A stretch of DNA of 64,000 nt from Eledone cirrhosa (taxonomy: Eukaryota). Below the pieces are notes generated by a model. The model ran no database searches. It was not told the DNA's origin and saw nothing but the letters and a program-made list of their open reading frames with translations. Shown one piece after another: positions 27,265-39,767 of the stretch. Made by a program: the position numbers and the translations under genes. Location: contig OZ024743.1 in NCBI GenBank assembly GCA_964016885.1, positions 257,114,001 to 257,178,000 on the forward strand, in the 5' to 3' direction. Positions within the stretch are counted from its first letter, which is position 1. Every line of letters starts with the position of its first letter.

Positions 27265-29914
27265 AGAAGGGATAGATATAAAAAAAGTAAAGATGAGATA
27301 ATAAAAATTGAGAGAGTAACAGCATAAATATCATGTCTTATACAAGATATTTCCAAAATGTTTTTGAAAGTAAGAAAAGAATTAAATATTTAATTTTTAA
27401 GTGTGTCTCTATGTTAATGTTTTGACTATAAATACAATATCTTGTGTATTATTAATGATTTTCAAAATTAAGAAAACAATTCTTCTCTGTAATTAATAAA
27501 ACTGTCCTAATGTTTGTTAACATGGTTACACTAGTGTTTAATAATGATGGCTCATGAATTTACATCTTACTTTGAGGGACATGGCCCATCAAATGGTCTT
27601 ATATATCTTGCCTAAAAATGAGTTTAATCCTTTCATTGCCATATTTTGAACAACAAACTCTGTATTTGAATCAATTTGTGTGGCATTTACTAAAATTATT
27701 ATTTCATTATTAAGATGGTATTTATAAATTAACAAAAGGTTTGTCTAACAATATGTTGGAAGGTTTTAATTTAAATAAGAAACTTTTAACCCTTTTGATG
27801 CCAAACTGCCTAAAGTTACTCTGTTACACAATTGTTTTATTTATCTAAAATCTTTCCATCATAATTTTCTGTAAAAACATTTGTCATGTTCTAAACACCA
27901 GCTTAATCATGAGGAAGTTAGTCATATTAATAAATTCCTCCAAATTCTTGATTATTTTCAAAATGAATTGAAAATCATAGGCAGTGTCTTTCAAATGCTT
28001 AAAATAGGAGGTTTTGGTTTCAGAAAACCGAAGTGCATTTAGGAAGGTGGGTATTAAATATGCATCAATGTGTGTAACTGAAATTGAAACGATATATGCT
28101 TTTTATTAAGAGATGAGAATAACTTAGTTGAATAAATCAGGATATTTACATAAATCATAAGACAAAATATTTTGTAGTATTTCCTCTGGCTCTCTGCATC
28201 CTTGATAGAATAAAGTACCCGTCAAGGACTAATTGACTGGCTGGAAAGTTCTAGTATTTGTTCCAGTTCTTTCTGTTCTGAGTTCAAATAACACTGTGAC
28301 CTATTTGGATATTAGATTTCATCCACCACCTGGTTTAACATCATAACCTTATTGTAAGATTTTAGGCCAGTTTTAAGAATACATTACCCCTCTTGCTCTC
28401 TCACACCAATCTTGGGAAGCCCAAACTAAACAGTAAATATAAAAGTAGAGAACATAAAATCTACGAATGATATATTGGCTATCTACTCAATATTCTGCTG
28501 ATTTTGCAACTTTCTCAACATAATATATAATGTATAAATAAAGTCATTTATTAAAATGCAAAACACCAGATTACATGACTCTAAAACCTGGAAAAGTAAA
28601 AGAGAGACTATACTAAACGAATGAACACCTTCTCAGTAAATGTGAACCAAACAGTGCAGCATGTTTGTCATATTGGGAAGTTTGATAAATGAGGAAATGG
28701 AAAATATATATTGAAACAGAAAAAAAATAGAGAAGGCAGGACAATTCTTTATATATATATATATATTCATATATTATTAACTATATGCTAGATAGTATTT
28801 CCTGAAAGAAAGCTGTTTCTATGAAAAGTTGGTTACTAATCATAATCATAATAGCTTTTGAACTCAACATTGTAGCGAAAAAAATATTTAATGCCTTGAC
28901 ATACTAGTTTCTGTAAAATGTTCATGTTTTCAAGAAACTGAAAATTTAAGTGGAGTGGAGTGGAACAGCATGGCAGGGTTTTCAAGTATTCTCTCATGTG
29001 AATGTATTTTTAGTTAGTCACTATATATATATATATGAAATAAATATATGCTATCTAGATGCAAATTGATAGCTGAGGAATGATTAATATGGAATTTTTA
29101 TTTTATACAGAAAAGACTAATATATTTTGCATTATACTATGTCTTACATAAGTTTTTGTTTGACCTATAACAAACATATACAGCCTAGACTATGTAGAAT
29201 ATTGACTGAACTTACAACCAAATGAGATAAAGATTTTGCAAATGTAGAAGATGCTTGGAAGGAAGAAACTCTGGAACATGTAAAGAAGAAAAAAAGAAGA
29301 AATGCAATAGGACAGATAGACATTCCTTTTATGAACACAAGATGGTTGCTCAGATGTAATAATGACTTTAACATATTTCAAAAGAAGATATATCTCTATT
29401 AAGAGCTAATTCAATTTGTTACAACAGAGTTGTACACATTTTTCTGTATTTTAAGACAAACTTTTTGATAACTTTAAGCAATGGTTTAGTAAAGATTTCT
29501 GACAATGGTAATAAAAGAAATGGAATCATACAAAGAAATGAGTTCTGGATTCCTGAAACCTAATGTTTTAGTTGCTTCTTCCTATCAATTGTTTCAATGT
29601 ACATATGTATGCACACACATATCCTCTCTCACACACCTCTATATATAATCCACAAAACTACAACTAAAGACAAAAAAGACCCACAACATAATAATGTAGT
29701 GAGTGTATATTAATTTATTTAGAAAATAATACATACCATCCAATTTTAGAGGTTTCAATAGACTGGTATATTTTCAAGGGTATTTGAATATAACAATGTA
29801 TTGAAACACTGTTACAATTGTGAAGTAATTTGTTTTTAAAATGATTTATGTGTGTGTGCATGTGTGTAGATGATATATATATATATACACACACACATAC
29901 ATTCATACATACAT

Positions 29915-30300
29915 ATCATCACTGTTTAACATCTATTTTCCATGCTTACATGGGTTTGACAACTGTCACATGCTAAGGTCAGACCAGTCAGGTGACATGC
30001 TCCTGCTCATATGCTTTGTCTTGGCTTGGTTTCTATGGCTGGATGCCCTTCTTAATGCCAACCACTTTACAACATATACTAGGAGCATGGTTTCTATGCC
30101 CTTCCTAACACCATCAGTTTCACAGCATATACTGGAAGCATTGTTTGTACAGCTGGATCCCCTTCATAATACTAACCACCTTAACCTTACAATGTTGACT
30201 GGGTGCCTTTTTACATGGTACCAGCACTACCACCTTACAGGATGGATCGATTGTGTTATTCATGGTGCCAGCACTACCTCATTGATGTACTAGGGTGCTC
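29915..30300 (-). mobile_element. RTE LINE 3' tail fragment with internally repeated modules
   Basis: catcactgtttaacatctattttccatgc and ggctggatgcccttc..aaccactttac are reverse complements of the shared LINE tail. Confidence 0.7.
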
Positions 30301-31363
30301 AGCATGCTTAGTCTTACTGGGAAGGAATTTATTATGGCTAGGGTACAAATACTACACTGCTGAAGGTGAAGTGGGTGATCTGGATAATGGCCTTGAAGTT
30401 AGTGGATGGTTTCTGGCATATTATGTGGTCTGCATGGTTTCTTTTGATGGCCTATATGGAATGTTTATATACTACTTGAATCAAGTAGGCAGGTGGGTTT
30501 GTTTGTCATTTTGGGGTGTGCCCAGCTTTTCTGGGTTGGGAAAGTGTTGGAGGTACAAGGGTTCAGCATGGAAGTTGAAACAATCAAGTTTCAATCTAGC
30601 TTTCCATGCTAGCATGGCTTGGGTAAAGAAGTCATGAGTATACCAGCAGGCAAGGACCTGAGAGTTATCCATCTCTCTGCTTCTTCAGGTTCAAAGAGGA
30701 AAGGTCATCAGAGGCATGCTGGTAGCATATAAATGCATGTGGGTGTGTATATGTGTGTGTGCATGTATCCCAGTAGATAAATGTGGAAAATAGTAACTAG
30801 CAGGTGATAGCATTGAGAAAATCATGCTAATAAATAAGACAGTAATCATGGGGAGAAAGAATCTGGGTGGCGGAGGTGGTGGCAAGGATATAAGAGCAAA
30901 AAAGGATTCAGCCAGAAAAAAAGAAATATATAACTATAAGAATGAAAATGACAGAAAAATTACATGAATGTGTAGGTGTTTCTGCAGTATATTTAGGCAG
31001 GAATATTTACATATCTCTTTGGCAGTTGCTAAGGAATGGGAAAGGGTGATAATGAAATAAAGAAAAATATGTCTATACATACATACATACATAAGTCGTT
31101 TTTTGAGCTGAGAGACTCATCAGGCTGGAGCTTATTCAGCTTCCATGTGGCGTTAAGCATCTGAGAGTAAAAGATTACTTCTATATTTGATAGAATAGTA
31201 GGTAGATAGATAGAATAGTAGATAGATAGATAAGTAACTTGTTATTGATATCTGCATGTCTGTATTTGTGCAAATTGATTGATTAGTGAATGTATGCATT
31301 TATAAGCTCTGGAAATACCCATATAGAGATAAACACAAATGTCTATGAAGAATAAATAAATAA

Positions 31364-31750
<387 letters not shown>

Positions 31751-32359
31751 GTTAGAATGAATTCTGTGATAATGGGCAGACTGGATAAATATAGATAAAT
31801 GTGAGGATGAGCCGATGGAAATGTATAGAGTTAATATAGATTTACGGTAAATTAGATATAAGTGATGGATAACTATAATGGATCAATCGGTTTGATTTGA
31901 TAAATATATAAATATAAAGTGATAGGTAGATTGAGAAATAGATACATAGATCTGGGTGTAGATAGCATTGCTGTATAATTCAGTGGAATAACTATGCTGA
32001 AATAATGCAAATATATGGGTAAATAGAGAAAGATATAGAGCCATATTATATATGGCTTGAATATATAGCTTTATGAGAAAGCAAATGGATAATAGCAAAA
32101 GAAGAAAAAGAAAATAAGAAGAAATATTGACTGAAGAAGATAAAACACCAGAAACCTCAGTGAATTGTATAAAGTATGTAAAAATCCATCATGTTTATAT
32201 GAATGAAGAGGAAAAAAATTAACAAAAAAGAAAAAAAAAGTGAAATAGTTATCGCCAAAGAGGCAAGTGATAGTGAAGTATAAATCTTACCAAACATTCT
32301 AAAATCTTGAATTATCTTCTTTGAACCTCTTATACCTGAAAGAGATAAATAGAATGAGT

Positions 32360-32599
32360 TTAACTCTTTTGATACCAATCTATCCAAAATCAGCACTAGG
32401 TCTATGAGAAACTATCACCCATTTGAAAGGGTTCCTAGTTAAATTAGAATCTTCCAAACTCAATTTATATAAGAATTATATATTAAGTTACTATCTTAAT
32501 ATTGGAATAATTAATAATTTTAGTAAACCTTTCATAAGTATTCCTTAATTAATTGAATTGGAGTATATTTCATTAAAAATTCGGTCAGGAAAAGGTTAA
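32360..32599. mobile_element. Degenerate TTAA-flanked (piggyBac-type) MITE
   Basis: ttaa-ctcttttgatacc ... ggtcaggaaaagg-ttaa form imperfect TIRs with TTAA at both ends. Related left ends occur near 27625 and 27786. Confidence 0.45.
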
Positions 32600-32949
32600 A
32601 TCATTTAATGAAATGAAGGAGAAAGCGAGAGATTTGGTGTGTAGGAAACTAGCAAACTTGCATCGTGTATATGACTAAGTGATTAAATAAACTAAATATT
32701 GAACAATAAAGATATTAACAATATTAAAATAATCTGGGGAGTCCTTATATATCAACATTACTTTGCATGGCCTATAGGGTGTTGAACTCACTATCATAAA
32801 GTTGGGGGCTCATTTCCTGGGCCAGGTAGCATGTTTTGTTCTTGAGCAAGACAGTTCCTTTTTTTTCAATTCTGCTTTACTTACTATCAATCAGATATTT
32901 CTTAATGGATTATTGTTTTTTTTTCTTTTCTTAAATAGGTATAGATATA

Positions 32950-33095
32950 GTGATGGCTGTGTGGTTAAGAAGTTTACTTTGTAAAGATGTGGTGGTTTCA
33001 AGTTAGTCACACTGTGTTGCAACTTAGGCAAGTCTCTTTTACCAATGTCTTGTGAGAAGAAGTTGGTAAACAGAAACTGTGTGGATGCCTGTCAC
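32950..33095 (+). mobile_element. Old degenerate tRNA-derived SINE (third family)
   Basis: A-box-like tggctgtgtggttaag, decayed B-box and a CORE-like cttaggcaagtctct. Confidence 0.45.
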
Positions 33096-33120
33096 ATATG
33101 TGTATATGCATCTCCACATA

Positions 33121-34404
33121 TGAGGTCTTCTTAATAAGTAATGAGACAATTTTAGGAGAAACATTTATTTTTGTAGGCTTACGAAATTGCTTCCTTCATA
33201 ATAATGCCCTATTGTTGCTACACAGTTGCGCAAGCATCTTCCCCACTCCTGGAAGATCTCTCAGTCCTTCTTCTGCAGTCCCATCAGGAAATTCATCAAT
33301 GCCTCCTGCAGCTTTTGTGTTGAATCGAATCTGATTCCACTGAGGTTGTCTTTCATATGTGGTACAGGAAGAAATTACAAGGAGACATGTTGAAGCTGTA
33401 AGATTGGTACTGTACCACTTCCATTCTTCTGTTGGTCATTCAGGTGCTCACCAGCATTGACTGTTGAAAGGGAATTGTCCTGATGGAAACACCACTCTCC
33501 ACTACTCCAGCCTCTCATTCTTCATCCTCACCCTTTTCAGAACTTCAAGGTAATACTAATTACTGATGGTTTGGTCTTCAGGAACCCATTCAATATAAAT
33601 TACCTCTAGGAGTCAAAAAAAAGGAATGACAATGGCTTTCTCTTGCAACCACCCAAACTCATCTTTGCTTTCTTGGGCCTGGGAAAGAACACATGCTTCC
33701 ACTGGGCACTCTGATGTTTGCTCTCAGGATCATAGGTGGATATCCAACTCTCAGCACAAGTCACTACTTTATTCAGAAAACCAGAATCAACCTCTATCAA
33801 ATCGAGAATGTCAGTCAGTGCAACATTCCATACAAAACTGCCTCTGGTTGTTAGAGAGTATTTTTGGCACAGAGTTTGTAGAGCTCCAGACCTTTAGTCA
33901 GAATTGTTTTCACTGTAGCAATACTAATACCACCAGCTTGAGATATCACCTCATAGTAACTCGGTGGCCTTGCATCAATAACCTTCACATTTACTTAATG
34001 TTTCCTCCTTTTGTGTGCTGTTTGGTACTCCAAATCTGCATTTGTCATCAACCTGTTCATTTCCTTCAGAAAATCGTTTAAACCATCTATAGAACCTAAC
34101 TTTGCTCATCAATTCACTCCCATAAGCCTCCTCCAACATTCCATGGGCTTCTTGGTTAACACAAAATATGATGTTGTAACGTTGTTCCATGTTTCCCTGC
34201 ATCTTACCAGATGTTGATAGATCAGCAAATTGGATCACACTGGTTCCACTAAGCATACCTCTGTGCTCCAACCTAAGCAGGACGTTGTCAGTTAATTACT
34301 TTATACATTAAATGTAGGTCTATTTTACAGTGAAGTAACATTGTAATTAGAGAATATTTAATGCCTCTCCTGAAATGTTCTCAATACTTATTCAACATAC
34401 TTTG
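33121..34404 (-). mobile_element. Near full-length decayed mariner (Tc1/mariner) DNA transposon
   Basis: ORF pieces 33975-34271 (EQRYNIIFCV..EAYGSELMSKVRFYRWFKRF, HTH) and 33606-33800 (FLNKVVTCAESWISTYDPESKHQSAQW..PRPKK, catalytic region with GDE decayed). Imperfect ~40-bp TIRs, TA at 33119-20 and 34405-06, total length ~1.28 kb. Confidence 0.9.
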
Positions 34405-34744
34405 TATGTATATATCTATCCATGTCTATGTTTGTTTATGTTAGATAAAATAGCAGTTGGACAGAAAGGGATCAGTAAAATAAGTAGCAGATTAGATTAA
34501 GAAAAAATTACTGATGTTGATATAATAAATTAAATCTCTTTGGTTGCAGTCTAATGTCTGAAACGAGTAAAAAGAATGTTTAAATACATTAATTTGTCTG
34601 TTCCTTTTTGTTACAGTAGCATAACATACACCCGCTTCCCACAGCTTATCTAAGATGAGAGTATCTTTCAGTACTGATTTGGTCTGTAACAACAAGTCCA
34701 ATGCATGCCAGCATGGAAAAATATATGTAAAATGGAGAAAATTA

Positions 34745-34925
34745 TAATTGTTTCTACTTTTGGCACAAGGCCAGCAATTACTCAGTGCATTACTGGTACT
34801 TTATTTTATCGACCCCGTGAGGATGAAAGGCAAAGTTAACCTCGGCGGGATTTCAACTCAGAATGGCAAGGCCCATAACTCTATGCGTCAAAGCATGGCG
34901 TCCGACCCTCTACCGATACTGCCAA
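34745..34925 (-). mobile_element. tRNA-derived SINE, family B
   Basis: Reverse complement of the ~190-bp element at 41391-41579. Confidence 0.9.
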
Positions 34926-35239
34926 ATGATGATAGTATAGATGTATTTTATTTGAGATTATCTTCTAATCTTTACTAGTTTCTGACATAAAACTGTGACC
35001 ATGTTGTGGTACAGCCTTAGAGAGATTTAGTCAATTATATCAACACTAATACTTTTGTTTTTGTTCAGGTCTAGTACTTATTTTACCAATCTCTTTTTGC
35101 TGAATGATAAGTTATAAGACATAAACACAGACACAAATGTAAACCCAGACCCACACACCTACACACACACACATATATACATATACATACATATATTTAC
35201 ACATACACACACAGATATATATTTATATATATAAATATA

Positions 35240-35600
35240 TAATACAGTATATAGAGAGAAAACACAAAAGGGTATGTTTTCAATTACGAGGGGTAGAGAA
35301 CCACTAGAATGAAGCGCGAGAGGTTATGGTGCTGACACTGTTTATGGTGAAACATTTTCTTCTTTGAGTTTGTCCAGGTGTTTTATAGTTATAAAGGTGG
35401 GTCTGTACATTTTAATTTACCTTTTAAATAATTATGTATTTTCCACACTTTTCATCGACTTTATGCTTTACACTCTAGAGGTTCTCTACCACTCGTAATT
35501 GAAAACATACCCTTTTGTGTTTTCTTCTCTATATACTGTATTATGAAGAGCCTGGTACATTCCTTCAGCTCTTTAAATTACAGGCGATTAATATGAGCCT
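35240..35600. mobile_element. Foldback element in (TA)n, probable Penelope-like pLTR with inverted partial copy
   Basis: Inverted arms 35240-35308 and 35474-35543; flanked by TA-rich microsatellite. Confidence 0.55.
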
Positions 35601-35625
35601 TTAACTCTGTTGTTTCATTTTTATA

Positions 35626-35667
<42 letters not shown>

Positions 35668-35915
35668 TACACATACATATGTAAGCATCTACCCACGCAT
35701 ATACTTATACTCACACACATACACATAAACATATGTACATGTACACACACATATATACATACACATATATATACATACATACATATATACATACACACGT
35801 ACATATACATATACATAGACACACGCGTATACATATGTACACATATACACATATATATATATTAATATATATACATACACACATGCACTCACACATATAT
35901 AAATATTTAAAATTA

Positions 35916-37210
35916 ACGTGGCTAAGACTAAAGTTCTAGTTTGTAAGAAAGAAAATAAGGCGGCGGTCCCTTCCGGGAAGTGGCCATGCTCAGTGTGTAG
36001 GAAAGGAGTAGGTAGAAACTCCATTTTGTGTCCCAAATGCAAAGTATGGGTGCATAAAAGATGTAGTGGGATCACAGGTAAGCTAACTAAGAACATAGAT
36101 TTTACATGTGGCCGGTGCTCTGGTGCAATAAGTAGCAGCAAGTGCCCACAAATACTAGCTCTTTCAACTGCGCAGAGGGTTCTATAGAAATAGTGGACAG
36201 CTTCCGTTACCTGGGTGACAAAATCAGCAGTGGAGGAGGGTGCTCTGAAAGTACAGTAGCTAGAGTCAGAACTGGATGGAAAAAGTTCAGAGAGCTTATA
36301 CCACTATTAGCCGCTAAAGTGTTCTCCCTAAAAATGAAAGGCAGGTTGTATGATGCCTGCATACGAACAGCAATGTTGCATGGCAGTGAGACCTGGGCAT
36401 TGTGTGCAGAGGAACGAAGCTTGCATGCTCCACTGGATGTGTAATAGTAATATACGTGAACGGCAAAGCATAAACGAACTAAGGAAAAAATTAGAAATAA
36501 GAGGGATCAGATGTTGTTTACTCGAGAGAAGGCTACGTTGGTATGGTCACGTGATGCGCATGAAAGATGATAGCTGTATAACAAAGTGCAGGGCAATAAA
36601 GATAGACGAGCTGTTAAATTCCGATCTCACACACTTACACCTCTCCAAGACAATGTCACTGGACCGAGACCTTTGGCGGTACTCAGTAATAGAGAAGACC
36701 CGCCTTACCTAAATACAAAGTAAAACCTACTACAGTCAGTAGGCATCTCTAACAAAATACACCCCCCCCCCACCCCATCCACACCGCCCCTTTCAATGTA
36801 AAGTAATGTTGGTGCCACAACATCCAGGCCGAAACAAATGAGATCGTGTAGGTGTCACGACAAAAAAAACACACAGTCCACGCTGTAATGTGGCCGTGTA
36901 GGCAACACGGTAAAAACCTCCCAGCCCCACACTGTAAATGTGGTTGGTGTTAGGAAGGGCATCCAGCTGTAGAAAACCCGCCAGACAGTCCACGCTGTAA
37001 TGTGGCCGTGTAGGCAACACGGTAAAAACCTCCCAGCCCCACACTGTAAATGTGGTTGGTGTTAGGAAGGGCATCCAGCTGTAGAAAACCCGCCAGACAG
37101 TCCTATGCGAGCAAGACAATCACTCTTGCCTCAAGTGGGAAAACCCCCGTCCAAACCCATGCAAGCGTGGAACACGGACGTTAAACGTTGATAATAATGA
37201 TGATGATGAT
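35916..37210 (+). mobile_element. 5'-truncated RTE-clade LINE (RT C-terminus, PHD-like Zn finger, 3' UTR), frameshifted
   Basis: ORF pieces KTKVL..WPCSVCRKGVGRNSILCPKCKVWVHKRCSG..FTCGRC, VDSFRYLGD and RRLRWYGHVMR; ends in ggacgttaaa plus (tga)n. Confidence 0.92.
36873..37103 (+). repeat. Exact 112-bp tandem duplication inside the LINE 3' UTR
   Basis: acagtcc recurs at 36873, 36985 and 37097; the two intervening units read identical. Confidence 0.9.
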
Positions 37211-37331
37211 ACATACACATACATACACACACATATGTATATATGTTTGGTTTCTATGGCTGAATGCCCTTCCTAAAACCAACCATTTTTCTATGTGTAC
37301 TGGGTGCTTTTTTAAGTGGTACCATGTGTGC

Positions 37332-37377
<46 letters not shown>

Positions 37378-37506
37378 AGAAGTTCTATTTAAATTGTTGG
37401 GATACAACAAGCAAATATTTTTATAACTGATATAAAGCACTCAACAAATAATTGGAGTAAAAATACGATATTAACAAAAGGAAACTATATTTATAAAACA
37501 ATATTT

Positions 37507-37570
37507 ATTTCATTATACATATTTCAAGGACACCAAGTTAAATTATGGTGTGCTTTCATCAGATAAAATA
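37507..37570 (-). ncRNA. Type I hammerhead ribozyme motif (minimal PLE type), minus-strand arm
   Basis: Reverse complement reads attttat-CTGATGA-aagcacacca..tggtgtcctt-GAAA-tatgta-TA-atgaaat. Confidence 0.7.
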
Positions 37571-37730
37571 TAAAATAGAGCAGTTTTATAAATAAATATT
37601 GACATACCCTTAAAGAATGCGACCATTACTGTTAGAAGCTCCTGGATAGACTATCCGGGAGCTTCCAACAGTAATGGTCGCATTTTCTAAGGGTATGTCA
37701 ATATTTATTTATAAAACTGCTCTATATTAT

Positions 37731-37793
37731 ATTTTATCTGATGAAAGCACACCATAATTTAACTTGGTGTCCTTGAAATATGTATAATGAAAT
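37731..37793 (+). ncRNA. Type I hammerhead ribozyme motif (minimal PLE type), plus-strand arm
   Basis: attttat-CTGATGA(37738-44), stem II AAG.ACACCA/TGGTGT.CTT, GAAA(37775-78), tatgta, TA (cleavage predicted after A37786), atgaaat pairing with attttat. Confidence 0.7.
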
Positions 37794-38293
37794 AAATATG
37801 GTTTTATAAATATAGTTTCCATTTGTTAATATCGTATATATATATATATATATAAATTTATTTATTTATTTATACATATATTTTTTAAATTTAGGGAAGG
37901 ATCGTAACCAAATAATCTAGCATAATAATTCAGCTCTGAAGCAAAAGACATCAGTATTCAACAGAAATCTTTTCAGCGATATTCTCACTTTATAAGTAAT
38001 AAATCATTCTTGAACAACATATCATGTTTTGCAGTAGATATAAAATATCAATGGAGATTATTTGGAAAGCTGTTTTGAAGTGGTGCTATTTCACAAATCT
38101 AGCCGTATTTCCATCTATTTATATTGATAATTCCTTCTACGATTGTTCACATTGTCTTTATTCACCAATCTCTTCTTAAATTCAGAATATTTATCACAGC
38201 ATTTTAGTTTTTTGTTGATTTTTTTGCATCAGATTTCCATCATAAACCAATGACTATCCTCCATATATGTGCCTCTACGTGTCTGCATGCATA

Positions 38294-38413
<120 letters not shown>

Positions 38414-38690
38414 TAAATTTAGCGAGAATCGCATTTCGGCAGGTAGAAATTAGTGAAACGCAACTTCTGTATTGTGCAGACAAGCGCTCCATGGATATGA
38501 AGATACCAGAGCTATAAACATAAGTTAAAATGGTCATACAAACTGAGACGATGGTTAAGAAGCCATTAACCACCTTAGCCATAAAAGCGAACAAGCTAAA
38601 CGGGTCAAACAAAATAAGATATGATTGAAATAGTTACCCGGACCCTCGGGAAAGATGGAATACTCCGATATTGGGTTTCTATATATTTTT

Positions 38691-38894
38691 TCATCATTTC
38701 ATTTCATTTTACGTCCACTTTTCCCTGCTTGCAAGGGTGGGACGGGAACTGATTCTGGCATGATTTCTACAGCTGGATGCCCTTCCTAACACCAACCTCA
38801 TTTACAGTGAGTGCTGGGTGCTTTTTTGCCGTGGCACCTCCACGACCACTTTGCAGTGGAATGATAGGAACCCCAGTCCCTATCATCTCATTTC
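38691..38894 (-). mobile_element. SINE family A, 3' part
   Basis: Reverse complement of the 3' half of 45896-46227, including the atgatagg..cctatcat hairpin. Confidence 0.85.
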
Positions 38895-38897
38895 ATC

Positions 38898-39410
38898 AGT
38901 ATCATTTAACGTTTGCTTTCCCTGCTAGCAAGTGTTTGACAGCTTGACAAAGATCAAGTTAGAACTGAAGAGATGCTACTGACTTCCCAGACAGACCAAG
39001 GGGTCTGTATCCTGCTTACATACGATCATATCAAGTGCAGAGTTGTCATGTCTTTTAACTTAAGCTGAAGGGTCCTCCTAAAATTTTGTTTGGCAAGCTT
39101 TCTATGGTTGGATGCTCTTCCTAACATCAACCATTTTACAGTATGTACTAGGTTCTTTTATTGTATTCAACACCAAAACTAGGGAGGCTGTCATGTCCTT
39201 GACACAACTAAAGGGACCTCCCAATGCTTGTTTGGTAAGCTTTCTATGGCTGGATGCCCTTCCTATCACGAACCACCTTACCGCATGTACTGGGTGTGCT
39301 TATTGTGTAGATCACAAACACTAGAGAGGCTGTCGTATCTTTGACATGATTAATGGGTCGTCGGAACCCTTTTAGGCATGGTTTTTACAGTGGGGTGCCT
39401 TTCCTGCCAC
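38898..39410 (-). mobile_element. Older RTE LINE tail fragment with ~130-bp repeated modules
   Basis: Three diverged copies of tttctatggctggatgcccttcct.. near 39100, 39240 and 39382. Confidence 0.65.
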
Positions 39411-39447
<37 letters not shown>

Positions 39448-39767
39448 TTAGTGGTTAGAGCACTGGGCTTGCAATCAAATGGTTGTGAGTTCAATTCTCA
39501 GACCGGGTGATGTGTTGTTTCCTTGAGCAAGACACTTTATTTCACATTGCTCCAGTTTACTCAGCTGTAGAAATGAGATGATAGAACTGAGGTCCCTATC
39601 ATTCCACTGCAAAGTGGTCGTGGAGGTGCCACGGCAAAAAAGCACCCAGCGCTCACTGTAAATGAGGTTGGTGTTAGGAAGGGCATCCAGCTGTAGAAAT
39701 CAAGCCAGAATCAGTTCCCATCCCACCCTTGCAAGCAGGGAAAAGCAGACGTAAAATGAAATGATGA
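39448..39767 (+). mobile_element. tRNA-derived SINE, family A
   Basis: Partial A-box (tagtggttagag), B-box gagttcaattc, central ccttgagcaagacactt, RTE-LINE-derived tail. Confidence 0.9.

Larger units (their letters stand above)
37377..37837. mobile_element. Penelope-like pLTR foldback: 375-bp palindrome (37463-37837) with a one-sided extension
   Basis: Arms mirror around A37650 (ggatag-a-ctatcc). Each arm has a hammerhead motif. Inserted in (TA)n; same family as 47466-47830. Confidence 0.8.

Noticed and set aside
29165-29400. Protein-like reading DKDFANVEDAWKEETLEHVRRK on the + strand
   Set aside because: Preceded by an in-frame stop, with no recognisable family or coherent exon structure; possibly a TE relic but not supportable.
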